Shown here: piece by piece, positions 36,079 through 38,812 of the stretch
Layout of the letters: each line of letters begins with the position of its first letter
Position numbering within the stretch: position 1 is the first letter of the stretch
DNA from: Chiloscyllium plagiosum
Lineage: Eukaryota
Direction of reading: 5' to 3'
Assembly: GCF_004010195.1 (NCBI RefSeq)
Contig: NW_025214906.1
Coordinates: forward strand, 1-38,812
DNA: 38,812 nucleotides
Notes under the pieces: model-generated
Database searches by the model: none
What the model was told of the DNA's origin: nothing
What the model saw: the letters and a program-made list of their open reading frames with translations, nothing else
Position numbers and translations under genes: made by a program

Positions 36079-36157
36079 CCCTTCAGTGGTGTTCCACAGT
36101 GGCCCCAACACTGACCCCTGTGGAACACCACTGGTCACCGTTCTCCATTGCGAGAAA

Positions 36158-38812
36158 CCCGGTCCACTGAAGACAAGCATACTATATGCCTTCTTGACCA
36201 CTCTATCCACCTATGCAGCAACCTTCAGAGTACAATGGACCTGCACTCCCAAATTTCACTGCCCATCAACTTTTCCCAAGGTTCTTCCATTCATTGTATA
36301 ATTCGCTCTAGAATTAGACTTGCCTAAATGCATCACCTCACATTTGTCTGGATTGAAATCATCTGCCACTTTTCCGCCCAACCCTCCAGTCACTCTATAT
36401 CCTCTTGTATTCTCGGAAAGTCCCTTATGCTTTCTGCTACTCCACCAATCTTCGTGTCAACTGAAAACTTGCTGATCATACCAACAGTGCCCTCTTCCAG
36501 ATCATCTATGTATATTACAAACAACAGTGGCCCCAACACTGAACCCTGTGGAACACCACTGGTCACCTTTCTCCATTGCGAGAAACTCCCTTCAACTACT
36601 ACTCTCTGTCTCTTGCTGCTCAACCAGTTCTTTATCCATCTAGCTAGAACACCCTGCACACCATATGACTTCACTTTGTCCATTAGTCTACCATGGGGAA
36701 CCTTATCAAACGCCTTACTGAAGTCCATGTATATGACATCAACAACCTTTCCTTCATCTATCACCTTGGTCACTTCCTCAAAGAACTCAATTAAGTTGGT
36801 AAAGCACGATCTCCCCCTCGCAAAACCATGTTGCCTATCACTGATAAGCCCATTCTTTTCTAAATATAAATAGATGTTATCCCTCAGTATCCTCTCCAGC
36901 AATGTTCCCACCACAGAGTCAGGCTCACTGGTCTGTAGTTACCTGGAATATCCCTACTACCCTTCTTGTACAGGGGGACAACATTAGCAACCTTCCAGTC
37001 CTCTGGAACCTCACGTATATTTAAGGATGTCACAAAGGTATCTGTCAGGGCGCCAGCTATTTCCTCTCTCGCCTCCCTCAGCCACCTGGGATAGATCCCA
37101 TCTGGTCCTGCGTATTTGTCGCCTTAATAACCTCTAACCTACCCAACACATCTATTTATGTCAACGTGATCCCTATTTATGTCAACGTGATCCAGACTAA
37201 TCAAACTTCTATCTCTAATCTCAACATTCATTCTGTCCCTCTCCTCAGTGAACACTGATGCAAAGTAATCATTTAGAATCTCACCCATTCTCTCAGGTTC
37301 GACACACAGCACTTCTTAGTTATCCTTTAGTGGACCAATCATTTCTCTAGTTAACTGCTTACTTCTTATATAAGAATAAGATGCTTTGGAATTCTTCTAA
37401 ATTCTGCTCTCTAATGCTATTTCATGACCCCTTTTAGCCCGCTTGATTCCTTGTTTAAGACTTGTCCTATCTTCCGATATTAGTCCAGGGCCCGTTCTGT
37501 TCTTAGCTGCCGAGACCTTATGTATGATTCCCTTTTCCTCTTGGCTTGTCGAACAATTTCTGCTGTCATCCATGGTTCATGAATCTTGCCCTTCCTATCC
37601 TTTGCCATCAACGGGACATGCCTATCCTGCACTACCTTTAGCCTATCTTTGAAAGCCTCCCACATCTCAAATGTAGACTTCTCTTCAAATAGCTGTGCCC
37701 AATCCACATTTCCGAGTTCCTGCCTAATTTTGATATAATAGGCCCTGGCTCACTTTAGTACTCTTTCCTTAGGACCACTCTCTACTTTATCTACGAATAT
37801 TCTAAAACTTACAGAATTGTGGTCACTGTTCCCAAAGAAATCCCCCACAGCAACCTCTACCACCTGTCCTGGCTCGTTCCCCAGTACCTGGTCTAATATG
37901 GCCCCTTCCCTGGTCGGACTATTGACATACTGCAGTAGAAAACGCCCCTGGACGATTCTTCCAAATTCTACCCCATCGAGACGTTAAGTGTATCCCAGTC
38001 AATGTTGTGAAAATTAAAATCTCCCATCGCCACTACCCTATTGCCTCTACACCTTTCCATAATCTGTTTACCCATTTGTTCTTCTACTTCACGCTCACTG
38101 TTGGGAGGCCTGCAACCCAGCCCCAACAATGTAACTGCGCCCTTCTTATTTCTCAGCTCCACCATAACGCCTCACTACCCAAGACTTCCATAGTGTGCTC
38201 CTTTAGCATAGCGTGATATCCTCCTTGACCAGCAATGCAACTCCAGCCCCACCGTCCTTTTGCTTCCCTCTCTGTCCTGTCTGAAGCGTGTATATCCTGG
38301 AAAATTTCATTGTCAATCATTCAACCAAGGTTCTTCCATTCATTGTATAATTCGCTCTAGAATTAGACTTGCCTAAATGCATCACCTCACATTTGTCTGG
38401 ATTGAAATCATCTGCCACTTTTCCGCCCAATTCTCCAGTCTATCTATATCCTCCTGTATTCTGTGACAGCCCCTTATGCTTTCTGCTACTCCACCAATAT
38501 TCGTGTCAACTGAAAACTTGCTGATCATACCAACACTGCCCTCTTCCAGATCAACCAAGTCTCTGTGATTGCAATAACATCATACTCCCAGGCACCAATC
38601 CAAGCCCTAAGTTCACCTGCCTTACACACTATACTCCTTGCATGAAAGTCGATGCATTTCATGCCACCAGAGTTTTGTGCTCATCTGCTCTCTGCCTACC
38701 CTTTCCTTTATTAATGTTATCTTCACAATTCTTACAGTCTCCAGTTTCGACCTCACTGCCTATTTGTTTTCTCTTCTGGTTTCCAGCTCCCTGCCACATT
38801 AGTTTAAAAACT
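36158..38812 (-). mobile_element. CR1 ORF2 (mirror of 6867-~9060)
   Basis: ORF 36390-36914 '[15 protein letters not shown]...[13 protein letters not shown]...[13 protein letters not shown]'. It also supplies the sequence hidden by gap 8467-8652. Confidence 0.9.

Larger units (their letters stand above)
32136..38812. repeat. Right arm of the inverted duplication, outer segment (pairs with 6867-14475)
   Basis: Mirrored LTR, minisatellite, exon A, CR1, L1 5' end and CR1 ORF2. Confidence 0.95.

Overview
Vertebrate genomic DNA, almost certainly from a cartilaginous fish (shark). The evidence is an HE1-type V-SINE, abundant CR1 LINEs, Penelope-like elements and first exons of the elasmobranch-expanded GPR139-like GPCR family. 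No complete host gene is present. The window is dominated by a large inverted duplication, roughly 95-97% identical by eye. The left arm is ~6867-16771; the right arm is ~21558-23848 plus 32136-38812 and runs off the window; the spacer between them contains gaps. Each arm carries two same-orientation first coding exons ending ...YYP(I/L)L(A/S)IVGVP. The short type B has an intact GT donor; the long type A has its donor changed to AT. No 7TM second exon is visible. The right arm retains 8.3 kb missing from the left arm, including an internally deleted epsilon-like endogenous retrovirus (LTR, tRNA-His-like PBS, RT fragment, decayed env with immunosuppressive domain). The left 12 kb is a nest of retroelements: CR1 > L1 > (near full-length CR1; Gmr1-type Gypsy > Penelope, SINE). 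Several Penelope pseudo-LTRs carry minimal hammerhead-ribozyme cores. All family assignments come from recalled motifs, not database searches. There are four N gaps (8467-8652, 17001-17500, 20660-21378, 24552-24635).
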